Part shown: positions 18,893 to 27,043 of the stretch, piece after piece
Position numbering within the stretch: the first letter of the stretch is position 1
Layout: each line of letters begins with the position of its first letter
DNA from: a virus
Lineage: Duplodnaviria; Caudoviricetes
IMG/VR virus record: IMGVR_UViG_2799112320_000001
Coordinates: 3,606-67,605 of that record
Length of the DNA: 64,000 bases
Strand: one strand, 5' to 3'
The notes under the pieces: generated by a model
What the model was told of the DNA's origin: nothing
Databases searched by the model: none
The model's input: the letters and a program-made list of their open reading frames with translations, nothing else
Translations under genes and position numbers: made by a program

Positions 18893-19174
18893 ATGAACAT
18901 CACATCAAGCGTGAACGACTACCGGCTTTCGGAAACGCCGCGCGAGGTCACGATTGTTACCTACGTCGCCGCATCCGGCAGCATCTGGCCGAGCGTGTAC
19001 ATCGACTACAAGCGCGGCAAGGACGCTGTGGCGCAATTCCTACGCGAACGGCGCAGGCGAGGTGAGCGCTGGCGTACCGTCGAATGGCACGGCGCATGGG
19101 CGAACGACAAGGGCGACCGGCTAGACAGGGTGATTTGCGACGAGTCATCCGATAATCCCGGAGTTTACGAGTAA
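18893..19174 (+). CDS. Early hypothetical protein
   Basis: 93 aa, GGAGG RBS. Confidence 0.7.
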   Translation: MNITSSVNDYRLSETPREVTIVTYVAASGSIWPSVYIDYKRGKDAVAQFLRERRRRGERWRTVEWHGAWANDKGDRLDRVICDESSDNPGVYE

Positions 19175-19232
19175 CTAGACAACACCAATTAACGGCTGGA
19201 CAAAAAACATAAAGCAACGAAAGGAACACACC

Positions 19233-19385
19233 ATGAAAACCTACATCGTATCGACACACCTGGGCGACTTCGAGACTACGGCCTCATCGCCGGAGAAGGC
19301 CATCAGCAACATCCGTTTCCGCATCTTCGGACGGAGTCCGGCGGCTGCGCGGTTCGTGCAGGGCTGGACGGTTTGCGAAGCGTAA
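19233..19385 (+). CDS. Small early protein (50 aa)
   Basis: MKTYIVSTHLGDFETTASSPEKAISNIRFR..., GAAAGGA RBS. Confidence 0.65.
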   Translation: MKTYIVSTHLGDFETTASSPEKAISNIRFRIFGRSPAAARFVQGWTVCEA

Positions 19386-19420
19386 TGACAACAACAACAA
19401 CTTCGCGCGGTAGTGGGGGC

Positions 19421-19449
19421 TTGACCGCCGCCGTGCTTTATGGCAAAAT
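19421..19449 (+). promoter_or_regulatory. Sigma70-type promoter
   Basis: TTGACC-17 bp-CAAAAT with TGn. Confidence 0.5.
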
Positions 19450-19471
19450 CCACAACAACCGAAAGGACACC

Positions 19472-19801
19472 ATGGACAACACACTTGTAAAACTCGGCTT
19501 CATCCTTCATTCGTCGCCTGCGTTCGACTTTTACCACGACGCAACGGGCCTGGTGCTGCCGAAAATGCCGGAGGGCAAAAACACCCTTGTGACTCCGTTT
19601 GTCGTGAAGGACGAGAACGGCATCGACCGCGCCGCCGCGCTTGTGCATCAAACGGGATTCGCGGAAACGCCGGAGGAAACGGCGAACGGCGACGAGGCAT
19701 CAGGCCTGGGCGTGATCGTCGCAATGGATGTGCCCCTCGAACAAGGCCGGAATGCCATCGACGCATACCTCGACAAGACACTCCGCGGCAAGGAAGGCTG
19801 A
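19472..19801 (+). CDS. Early hypothetical protein
   Basis: MDNTLVKLGF start, GAAAGGA RBS. Confidence 0.7.
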   Translation: MDNTLVKLGFILHSSPAFDFYHDATGLVLPKMPEGKNTLVTPFVVKDENGIDRAAALVHQTGFAETPEETANGDEASGLGVIVAMDVPLEQGRNAIDAYLDKTLRGKEG

Positions 19802-19804
19802 TAT

Positions 19805-20017
19805 ATGGGACGCAACGCCGAACACATGACACCCCGCGCGCTTGACCTTCTCGCCAAGGCCACGCCGGACAAGCCCCGCAAACCGAAAACGCCGCAGACT
19901 CTACGCATCCCTGGCATCGGCAAGTGCCGCATCACCGCCCGCAACGGTGAATGGCTGCGCCTCGCCGCGTCCGACGGTGAGCCGTTCGTGCGGCATATTT
20001 CGGAGATCAGGCAATGA
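19805..20017 (+). CDS. Early hypothetical protein
   Basis: 70-aa ORF in the operon. Confidence 0.6.
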   Translation: MGRNAEHMTPRALDLLAKATPDKPRKPKTPQTLRIPGIGKCRITARNGEWLRLAASDGEPFVRHISEIRQ

Positions 20018-20226
20018 GCTTGCTAGGCCTCTTCAGGAGTAAGCCGAAGCGCTGCCCGCACTGGAAGCGCGACCTGTCCGTCATCGGAGACCGGCACGAG
20101 GGGTGCCGGACCTGCAAGCGCCGCATCGGCAAATGGCCGTGCTCGCTGATCGCCGTGCGCGGCGTCCCGACGATACCCGACGTGCCGTATCCCGACGCGC
20201 CGTATCCCGACGCGCCGAAAATTTAG
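20014..20226 (+). CDS. Small Cys-containing protein
   Basis: 70 aa, coupled; PD(V/A)PY repeat at the C-terminus. Confidence 0.5.
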   Translation: MSLLGLFRSKPKRCPHWKRDLSVIGDRHEGCRTCKRRIGKWPCSLIAVRGVPTIPDVPYPDAPYPDAPKI

Positions 20227-20231
20227 TACCA

Positions 20232-20273
20232 CTGTTGCCGCAACATTTTTGCTATAATCTACTGCGGCAACAG
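20232..20273 (+). promoter_or_regulatory. Extended -10 promoter (TGCTATAAT) enclosed by an 11-bp inverted repeat
   Basis: CTGTTGCCGCA (20232-20242) and TGCGGCAACAG (20263-20273); TATAAT at 20253-20258. Confidence 0.7.
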
Positions 20274-20302
20274 AAATTACAATTTTAACAGGGAGACAGA
20301 AA

Positions 20303-20638
20303 ATGCCGTATGTCAAAGGTGTGGGGTATGTCCGCAAGACCAAAAGCAAGGAAGAGTTGTCAGCCCTGCGATCCCAACTGGGAAAGCAAGGCGGCGCCAA
20401 GCGCAAGGCGATGGGCTATGCTGGAGTGGGCCGCAAAAAAGGCTGGACTAAGGATCCGGCGCTAAGGGCTATCCCGTCGAAGACGCTGACGGTGAGGGAG
20501 CCGGACTACAATGTGTTCGTCCGCCTGGCGAGCGTCCAGGGCGTCGCAATCGTCGAGTTCATGCACATCGTCGCGGAGAGCCTGCGCGGGAAGAACGCGG
20601 AGCTGTTCGCGCCGGACGCGCCGCGGGTCACGGTGTAG
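20303..20638 (+). CDS. Basic protein with C-terminal ribbon-helix-helix-like domain
   Basis: SKTLTVREPDYNVFVRLASVQGVAIVEFMHIVAESL fits the strand-helix-Gly-helix pattern; Lys/Gly-rich N-terminus. Confidence 0.55.
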   Translation: MPYVKGVGYVRKTKSKEELSALRSQLGKQGGAKRKAMGYAGVGRKKGWTKDPALRAIPSKTLTVREPDYNVFVRLASVQGVAIVEFMHIVAESLRGKNAELFAPDAPRVTV

Positions 20639-20646
20639 GCAAGCCG

Positions 20647-20859
20647 CTAGCCGTACCAGGGGGCGTCGTCGTAGCCGTCGCTGTGCGACCGAGACGACAC
20701 CATTAGACAAAACGTCCACACGAGGTATGCCACAAATGCTACCCTAACACACCATTTTACGACAGGATAGACAGTTTTGTTTTCGGCGTCGTCGCTGTGA
20801 AGCCAGCCAAATGCGGCGATAAACAGCGCAAGCGCAATAAGTATCGTCGCCAGTTTCAT
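20647..20859 (-). CDS. Small membrane protein
   Basis: 70 aa with two hydrophobic helices, coupled to the nuclease gene. Confidence 0.6.
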   Translation of the reverse strand: MKLATILIALALFIAAFGWLHSDDAENKTVYPVVKWCVRVAFVAYLVWTFCLMVSSRSHSDGYDDAPWYG

Positions 20860-22046
20860 GTGTTTTGTGGTTGTTTGGGGTGGTCGTAGGCGTCAATCAA
20901 TCGCGCAGCTTCTGATAAGATTCCCCAGAGTTTTTCTGGCGAAATGGCCTCTGTTGAAATACGGTAGGGTTGAATGTCGGATTGGGTCACACCAAACGCA
21001 AGCTTGGAACGATGGCGAAACATCCGGGCGATTTCATCAGGTAAAACCAGCTTTGTCCTGTACGCCGCTATGAAACGAAGCAACATCCATAGTTGACTGT
21101 GTCTGTTGCGCAATCGCGAATTGTTTTTCAATCGCCTAATCACTGTGTCACCAGCGCGATTGATTAGCTCTTGTCTCGCTTCGGCGGACATAATGTTTTC
21201 GGGGTCACCATACATTCTCCATAGCTGCCTCACGACCAGAAAAAGTCCATCTTCGTTTTGTGTATGTCTCTTGCTGGGCTTGGTTGTTTCTGGCTCGACG
21301 CCGTAATTGCCATACCTGAAAGAGACTTCGACGCCTCCAAAATTGGACCCGTAGTCATCTAGCTCTTGGAGCGCCTTCTCGTAAGTGTCTGCTGAGATGA
21401 TGCTGACGCCTGCTTTTTGGGAGTATGTATTAACCACCCTGATCGGCGGTGTATCACAGACCAGCCAGGCGTCCTGACACGACAGCACCGACGCGGCGGC
21501 GCTTATGGCCTGTATGGCGCGGACGATACCTACCGTGCTGTGATACGCAGATACGGCGATGCGCTTGTCGCCAGATTCCAGGACGAAGTCGCAGCCAGGA
21601 ACAAAGCGGGTGTCTGTTCTTTCGATATGATCATAGGCCCATGTATACGTGGTGAGGCTGCGAACGGTGGCCTCACGTATGGCGCGCGCCTGGTTCTCGA
21701 TCAGCGCTTTCAGCTGGCTATAGTGAAGTAATTGCACCTTGGCCTTATTGGCTAGTTCGTATGCGGACTTAGAAAAGCGTGTGTTGGAAACTACAGCGGC
21801 ATCGTCGCAATCCCAGAATATTTTTCCCGCCACCACTTGTTGAACCGCATCATTGCCGACCAAGTTCTCTGAATAAAATTTACACTGTATGGCAATTTTC
21901 TTGTTGCCTACATAAGCGATCGCATCTACCCCCTGATCCCCACTTTCAGGTGTAAGTTTGCATTTGAAGCCGCACGACTCAACCATCGCCAACACGGCTT
22001 TCTCGAAGTCGATTCCGTTGTTTACGATGTAGATTTGCTGTTTCAC
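20856..22046 (-). CDS. Mrr-like (Mrr_cat) restriction endonuclease domain protein, moron
   Basis: FEKAV...SGDQGVDAIA...IAIQCKFY...VGNDAVQQVVAG...SNTRFSKSAYELA is the Mrr_cat PD-(D/E)xK signature; visibly more AT-rich and opposite in orientation to neighbours. Confidence 0.85.
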   Translation of the reverse strand: MKQQIYIVNNGIDFEKAVLAMVESCGFKCKLTPESGDQGVDAIAYVGNKKIAIQCKFYSENLVGNDAVQQVVAGKIFWDCDDAAVVSNTRFSKSAYELANKAKVQLLHYSQLKALIENQARAIREATVRSLTTYTWAYDHIERTDTRFVPGCDFVLESGDKRIAVSAYHSTVGIVRAIQAISAAASVLSCQDAWLVCDTPPIRVVNTYSQKAGVSIISADTYEKALQELDDYGSNFGGVEVSFRYGNYGVEPETTKPSKRHTQNEDGLFLVVRQLWRMYGDPENIMSAEARQELINRAGDTVIRRLKNNSRLRNRHSQLWMLLRFIAAYRTKLVLPDEIARMFRHRSKLAFGVTQSDIQPYRISTEAISPEKLWGILSEAARLIDAYDHPKQPQNT

Positions 22047-22053
22047 ATTGCGA

Positions 22054-22062
22054 ATTATACCA
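22054..22062 (-). promoter_or_regulatory. Extended -10 promoter (TGGTATAAT) for the nuclease gene
   Basis: TATAAT lies 7 nt upstream of the GTG start at 22046; no SD. Confidence 0.55.
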
Positions 22063-22125
22063 CTTCCCCGCCGCCCCTTGTAGGTGCTTGTAAAAAAAAA
22101 TCAAAATTTTACAGGATTGTGCTTG

Positions 22126-22145
22126 CATAGTGTCGCGACACTATG
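22126..22145. promoter_or_regulatory. Operator 1: perfect 20-bp palindrome CATAGTGTCGCGACACTATG inside promoter TTGCAT-18-TATTAT
   Basis: Core AGTGTCGCGACACT at 22129-22142; -35 at 22123-22128, -10 at 22147-22152. Confidence 0.85.
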
Positions 22146-22190
22146 ATATTATATCCGCGCAACCCCCAAATAGGGGAAAGGAACCACATC

Positions 22191-22466
22191 ATGCCAAGTC
22201 GAATGGGAAAACATAAAGAAGGAAAATCAAGTATCGGCTTGTATGTCGATGACGATTTTCGCGCCCTTCTCGCGTTTTTGGTGGATCAGACAGGTGAGAC
22301 AGCTACTGATATCATCATGGATGGAGTACGGGCACGGGCCACGGCCTTGGGAATTATGCGCAACGACCAGATATTGCCCGAATACCTACCAGCAATAGCT
22401 GTCATCAAAGAGGCTTTTACAGCAAAGAGGGTAATGCGCCACGCGCAGAAGGGAGTCAAAAAGTGA
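22191..22466 (+). CDS. Ribbon-helix-helix-like regulator
   Basis: SSIGLYVDDDFRALLAFLVDQTGETATDIIMDGVRA; GAAAGGA RBS. Confidence 0.6.
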   Translation: MPSRMGKHKEGKSSIGLYVDDDFRALLAFLVDQTGETATDIIMDGVRARATALGIMRNDQILPEYLPAIAVIKEAFTAKRVMRHAQKGVKK

Positions 22467-22565
22467 AGTCAAAATACTCGGACAAGTTCAGAGCAGCCGC
22501 AAAGGCATCAAAACTTTCGCCCGCAAAATTCGCAATGAAAGTACGCGATCTTCTTTCGCCAACGA

Positions 22566-22579
22566 AGTGTCGCGACACT
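22566..22579. promoter_or_regulatory. Operator 2 AGTGTCGCGACACT
   Basis: Exact copy of the 14-bp palindromic core. Confidence 0.85.
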
Positions 22580-22629
22580 AAACGACTTTTTTCTGCTCGC
22601 ACCATGCAGGCCATTTCTTGTCAAGCATA

Positions 22630-22643
22630 AGTGTCGCGACACT
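22630..22643. promoter_or_regulatory. Operator 3 AGTGTCGCGACACT
   Basis: Exact copy between TTGTCA (22618) and TATAAG (22643), upstream of the Arc-like gene. Confidence 0.85.
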
Positions 22644-22665
22644 ATAAGCTAACCTAGGTGATACC

Positions 22666-22836
22666 ATGAAAGCCACTCCACCCAAGGACGAATACATCAA
22701 CACCCCGGTCAGGCCGGAGGTCAAAGCTGCACTGCGCGAACGTGCCGCGGAGAACGGGCGCGCCATAGGGCGCGAGGCATCGCTGATCCTGACGAAGGCC
22801 GTAATGCGCGGCAAGACACAGGAGAACCAGCCATGA
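22666..22836 (+). CDS. Arc-like ribbon-helix-helix regulator (56 aa)
   Basis: Hand translation: MKATPPKDEYINTPVRPEVKAALRERAAENGRAIGREASLIL..., matching the Arc pattern L..RA..NGRS...E. Confidence 0.7.
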   Translation: MKATPPKDEYINTPVRPEVKAALRERAAENGRAIGREASLILTKAVMRGKTQENQP

Positions 22837-23018
22837 ACAAACCGAAGGAACTGAAGCTCGTCGAACGTCAAAAGCCGGAGTCGTACTCCGAAACGCTCGC
22901 GGTGCGCGTGAAGCCGTCCGAGAAGGCGGTGGTCCGCGAGTACGCCGAGAAGCACGGCGCCACCCTCGATACGGTTATGCGCTCCGCGCTCGTCGCCGCG
23001 GGCATACTTGCAGCATAG
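22833..23018 (+). CDS. Ribbon-helix-helix-like regulator
   Basis: TLAVRVKPSEKAVVREYAEKHGATLDTVMRSAL. Confidence 0.7.
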   Translation: MNKPKELKLVERQKPESYSETLAVRVKPSEKAVVREYAEKHGATLDTVMRSALVAAGILAA

Positions 23019-23038
23019 GGGTGCTCCACAGCTCAACC

Positions 23039-23419
23039 ATGACGCACTACCTCCCAAGAGAGTTCGTGAACGAGAGATTGAGACTCACCGTCCCGACCTC
23101 GTACCGCATACTCGGCGACGCACGCCACTACGGCGCGCGCATCTCGTCCGACTGGGTGGTGGAGTTGCTGAACCGCGCGCGCCGCGGGTACGCCGCCGGA
23201 GACGCACTGCGGGGCATCCCTTCTGACCTTCTGACCGGCGAGGAGCTGGCCTCGGAGATGGCGGAGAGCCACATCACGGCGCACGATCTCCTCAACTGGT
23301 CCAGCCGGAAGAAGAACATCGTGCCGCACTTCCGCCTCACGTCGCACACGCGCCTCTACCGGCGCGAGGACGTCGAGCGTTGGCTGGAGACGCGCTGCGT
23401 ATCAAGGAGGACCGCATGA
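23039..23419 (+). CDS. Helix-turn-helix DNA-binding protein, excisionase-like
   Basis: LLTGEELA...LLNW...VPHFRL...RLYRREDVERWL winged-helix pattern. Confidence 0.7.
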   Translation: MTHYLPREFVNERLRLTVPTSYRILGDARHYGARISSDWVVELLNRARRGYAAGDALRGIPSDLLTGEELASEMAESHITAHDLLNWSSRKKNIVPHFRLTSHTRLYRREDVERWLETRCVSRRTA

Positions 23420-23823
23420 CACCGGAACTTGAACGTCGCGCAATCTCGTTCATTCGCACGATTGCGAACCGCTGCGAGCGCTGCCTGCGCAGGACGCCGG
23501 AGAACTGCCGCAACTGCCCTTCGGCGTGGGCGAACGAGATCATGGCCGACTACGAGAACGACGGTCGGCCGCCCGCCGTGGACTACACGCTTGCGGCCCG
23601 TGAACTGCGGATCCTCGAGGCGCTGCGAACCTCGGGACGTCCGCTCTCGGCGACGGAGATCGACCTGTCGGACATTTGCTCGCGGGCGCTCAAGCACTGG
23701 ACCCTTTGCAGAATGGTGCGGACGGGGCGCCTGGTCCGCCAGAAGATCAGCGACCATGAGGGCCGCAAGGGCAGGTATCTCTATTTTATCCCAAACAACA
23801 AAAACAAAGGAACCACAAAATGA
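23416..23823 (+). CDS. Zn-finger plus HTH hypothetical protein
   Basis: CERC...CRNC followed by ILEALRTSGRPLSATEI. Confidence 0.6.
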   Translation: MTPELERRAISFIRTIANRCERCLRRTPENCRNCPSAWANEIMADYENDGRPPAVDYTLAARELRILEALRTSGRPLSATEIDLSDICSRALKHWTLCRMVRTGRLVRQKISDHEGRKGRYLYFIPNNKNKGTTK

Positions 23824-25097
23824 AAATCGTCTCTCTTGAGATGGCGAACGTGAAGCGCATAAAGGCGCTGCGGCTTGAGCCCACCGAAAACGGGCTCACG
23901 ATAATCGGAGGGAAGAACGGGCAGGGGAAGACGTCCGTTCTCGACGCGATAGCCTATGCGCTAGGCGGCGAGAACTACGCGCCAAGCTCGCTGAAGCGCG
24001 ACGGCGCAGTGGGCGACACGTTCATCCACATCGAGACAGACGACGGCCTCGTCATAGAACGCAAGGGGAAGAACGCCAACCTCACCGTAACCGACTCAAC
24101 CGGCAAGCGTGAGGGCCAGAGGCTCCTCAATTCCCTGCTGTCCAAGCTTGCAATCGACCTTCCGAAGTTCCTCAACGCCAACGACAAGGAAAAGGCCGAC
24201 ATTCTACTGCAGATACTCGGCATCGGAGACCAGCTCGCCGCCATCGACCGCGACATAAAGGCGAAGTACGACCAGCGGCGCGCCGTAGGGCAGCTTGCCG
24301 ACCAGAAGGAGAAGGCCGCCGCAGATATGCCCTGGCACGAGGACGCGCCAAAGGAGAAGGTGTCTGTGAAGGAACTCATAGACAAGCAGCAGGAGATACT
24401 GGCTCGAAACGGAATCAAAGAAGAGCACCGTCGGAAGTACGAATCCAACAAGGCGGAACTATTGCGCGTCAGCGGAGAAATCGACCGTCTGCGTCAGCGT
24501 CAGAAAGAATTGTCGGAAGAGGTGCGTTCGGCTGAATCCGAGGATTTCACGCTTGAATCCACAACTGAACTTGAAAAGCAGATCGCCAACTTCGAGGAGA
24601 CGAACCGCAGGGTCGCGGAGAACGAGGACCGCACTCGCCGGATGGAGGAGGCGTCCGCCATGCGAGAACAGTACGACTCGCTTACCGCGGAGATCGAGGA
24701 TGCCCGTGCAAAGCGCCTCGCCCTTCTCGACGGAGCGGATTTGCCCCTTCCCGGATTGTCAGTCGAAGACGGAGTGCTGATGCTGAACGGCAAGGCGTGG
24801 GACTGCCTCTCGGGGTCCCAGCAACTGATCGTCGGGGCCTCTATTGCCTCCAGGCTCAACCCCAACTGCAAGTTCGTCCTCATCGACAAGCTTGAACAGC
24901 TCGACCTCGACAGCCTCGGGGACTTCGACTCCTGGCTGAAGGAGCAAGGGCTCCAGTGCATCGGCACGCGCGTTTCCACGGGTGGCGAATGCTCGATCGT
25001 GATAGAGGACGGCGAGGCTGAGGTACCGGACGGCACCGTCATTGTGCCCAAGACCAAGGCAGACCCCGCCCCGCTGGGCGACCTGGACGATTTGTAG
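23820..25097 (+). CDS. SMC/RecN-like AAA ATPase
   Basis: GGKNGQGKTS Walker A, long coiled coil, LSGSQQ signature, VLIDKLEQLD Walker B. Confidence 0.85.
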   Translation: MKIVSLEMANVKRIKALRLEPTENGLTIIGGKNGQGKTSVLDAIAYALGGENYAPSSLKRDGAVGDTFIHIETDDGLVIERKGKNANLTVTDSTGKREGQRLLNSLLSKLAIDLPKFLNANDKEKADILLQILGIGDQLAAIDRDIKAKYDQRRAVGQLADQKEKAAADMPWHEDAPKEKVSVKELIDKQQEILARNGIKEEHRRKYESNKAELLRVSGEIDRLRQRQKELSEEVRSAESEDFTLESTTELEKQIANFEETNRRVAENEDRTRRMEEASAMREQYDSLTAEIEDARAKRLALLDGADLPLPGLSVEDGVLMLNGKAWDCLSGSQQLIVGASIASRLNPNCKFVLIDKLEQLDLDSLGDFDSWLKEQGLQCIGTRVSTGGECSIVIEDGEAEVPDGTVIVPKTKADPAPLGDLDDL

Positions 25098-25183
25098 TCC
25101 AAAATTCCCGAAGTTGCGGGTAGCGGCTAAATGGTATGCCGGGGAGCATTTTTTTCTAAAACCTCAACTAAAGGAAAACCAAC

Positions 25184-26248
25184 ATGAAGATCATCAAGGG
25201 TAAGACAAAGCCCAAGGGCCTGCGCATCGTCGTGTACGGCCCACACGGGCTGGGCAAGACAACTCTTGCCAGCAAACTGCCGGATGCGCTGTTCTTCGAC
25301 TACGAAAACGGGACGCACGGCATAGATGTGGCGAAAGTTGACGAATCGGACCTTCCCCGCTCGTATGCGGCGGTAAGGGGTGCGCTCGACGAACTGAAGC
25401 GCAACCCGCAGGGGTTCAAGAACCTCGTGATCGACTCCGCCGACAAGCTCGAGGAGGCTCTGGACAAGACCTTCTCCGCGGAAAAGGGAATCGAAAGCGT
25501 GTTTGCGGTCAACGACTACGGGCGCACGATCGCAGGTCACAAGCAGCAGATGGCCGCAATAATCGACAAGGCCGCAGATCTTGCGAATGCAGGAGTGAAT
25601 GTCATCTGGATAGCCCATGAGACGCCGCGCAAGGTGGAGGTCCTTGAAGGACAGGGGGCATACGACCACCACGAAATGAAGCTCTCCAAGACGGTCACGC
25701 CGCTCTTCATGGAATCGGCTGACGTCGTGATCTTCTGTTCCTACAAGACATTCATGGTTGCCGCCAACAAGCAAGCCGGCGAGACAAAAGGACATGTCGA
25801 AGGAGGAAAGCGCTGGTGCTGGACGACTCCGCACAACGAATGGGACGCCAAGCACCGCGCCTGCATCGAGCTTCCCGACGACTGTTCCCTTGACAAAATG
25901 GCGGAACTGCTGCCAAAGGCCCTGGCTGCCGCCACTTCTAGGAGCGAAAGCGTGGCTGTTGTTGAGGCGAAACAAGCAACTGTTTCTGCACCCGCCCCCA
26001 CCCCTAAGGCGGAAGACTCGCATTCTTCCGACAAGCCGGCGCTGGCGGAGCTCAGGCGGCTCCTCGGCAACTACGGCGTGTCGGAGGACCAGATACGCAC
26101 CTTCGCGGACGCGCAGCCGAAGCTCAAGGGGCGCTACGGGACGGACTTCTCCTTTGCAACCGCAAGGATGGCAGACTGGCCCGACGAGGCGCTGCAGTGG
26201 CTTTCGCGGAACATGGAAAAGATCGCAGCAAAAATCAAGGACAACTAA
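25184..26248 (+). CDS. AAA_24 / Sak4-like NTP-binding recombination protein
   Basis: VVYGPHGLGKTT, LVIDSADKLE, VIWIAHE motifs. Confidence 0.85.
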   Translation: MKIIKGKTKPKGLRIVVYGPHGLGKTTLASKLPDALFFDYENGTHGIDVAKVDESDLPRSYAAVRGALDELKRNPQGFKNLVIDSADKLEEALDKTFSAEKGIESVFAVNDYGRTIAGHKQQMAAIIDKAADLANAGVNVIWIAHETPRKVEVLEGQGAYDHHEMKLSKTVTPLFMESADVVIFCSYKTFMVAANKQAGETKGHVEGGKRWCWTTPHNEWDAKHRACIELPDDCSLDKMAELLPKALAAATSRSESVAVVEAKQATVSAPAPTPKAEDSHSSDKPALAELRRLLGNYGVSEDQIRTFADAQPKLKGRYGTDFSFATARMADWPDEALQWLSRNMEKIAAKIKDN

Positions 26249-26263
26249 CAAAGGAACAAGGCA

Positions 26264-26531
26264 ATGTCACTCACATCGGAATCAACGCTGACGGCAGATA
26301 AAGAGAATCGCCGGAAAAGAGCTATTCAAGCAGCTATCCGCCGGCAATATAAAGCCGGAGATCAAAGAACAGATAAACCACTTCGAAACGGCGTTCGTCG
26401 TTTTGAAGCCAGGTACAGACGAGGTCATCTGCTACTGCAATACGCAAAAGGATGCAGACATGGTGGCCCTGTCGATAAAAATGTCGAATGACATGGCGAT
26501 AGGGTTCTTGGTTGACAAAATCGTAAGCTGA
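26264..26531 (+). pseudogene. Frameshifted 88-aa ORF (one extra base near 26293-26294)
   Basis: Start frame gives MSLTSESTLT; the +1 frame continues QIKRIAGKELFKQ...GFLVDKIVS* and stops just before the next RBS. Confidence 0.5.
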
Positions 26532-26545
26532 AAAGGAGTAAGAAC

Positions 26546-27043
26546 ATGGCAAACGAAAACGGTGCAATCGGCTGGGACGACGACGTCTCCGAATCTGAAG
26601 TCAAGGGCGGCGGCAAACGCGAAGATTTCGTGGTTCTGCCGGACGGCGAATATCCCTTCGCCGTCGCGAAGGTAGAGCGCGGAACGTTCGCGGGATCGAA
26701 GAAGGTCCCGCCCTGCAACAAGGTGGATGTAGGGGTTATCATCGACGGCGGCGACAAGGGTCGCTCCTACGTCACCAAGATGTTCCTCATGCACACAACG
26801 ACGCTTGGGTTCATCTACGAGTTCCTGACCTCGCTGGGGCTGCACAAGAAAGGCGAGGGGGCGGGCCCTATCCCCTGGGGCAAGGTCCAGAACGGCATGG
26901 AGGGCCGCTGCAAGGTCTCCTCCAGGACGTACACCACGCGCGACGGCGAGAGCCGCACGTCGAACGAGGTGAAGAAATGGCTCGCGCCGGCTGCTGCATC
27001 GGAACAGTCGGGATTGTCCGACGATCTGGACGACCTGAAATGA
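26546..27043 (+). CDS. DUF669-like single-stranded DNA-binding protein
   Basis: FVVLPDGEYPFAV...KV...N.VKKWL with acidic tail DDLDDLK; canonical position in the replication module. Confidence 0.75.
   Translation: MANENGAIGWDDDVSESEVKGGGKREDFVVLPDGEYPFAVAKVERGTFAGSKKVPPCNKVDVGVIIDGGDKGRSYVTKMFLMHTTTLGFIYEFLTSLGLHKKGEGAGPIPWGKVQNGMEGRCKVSSRTYTTRDGESRTSNEVKKWLAPAAASEQSGLSDDLDDLK

Noticed and set aside
22463-22630. Possible 55-aa GTG-start ORF spanning operator 2
   Set aside because: Coupled start is plausible, but there is no recognisable motif and it overlaps regulatory sites; support too weak to list
25098-25183. Intergenic stretch with short hairpin and T-run as a riboswitch or terminator
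   Set aside because: The stem is only ~4 bp (ATGC/GCAT) and no known aptamer motif is visible
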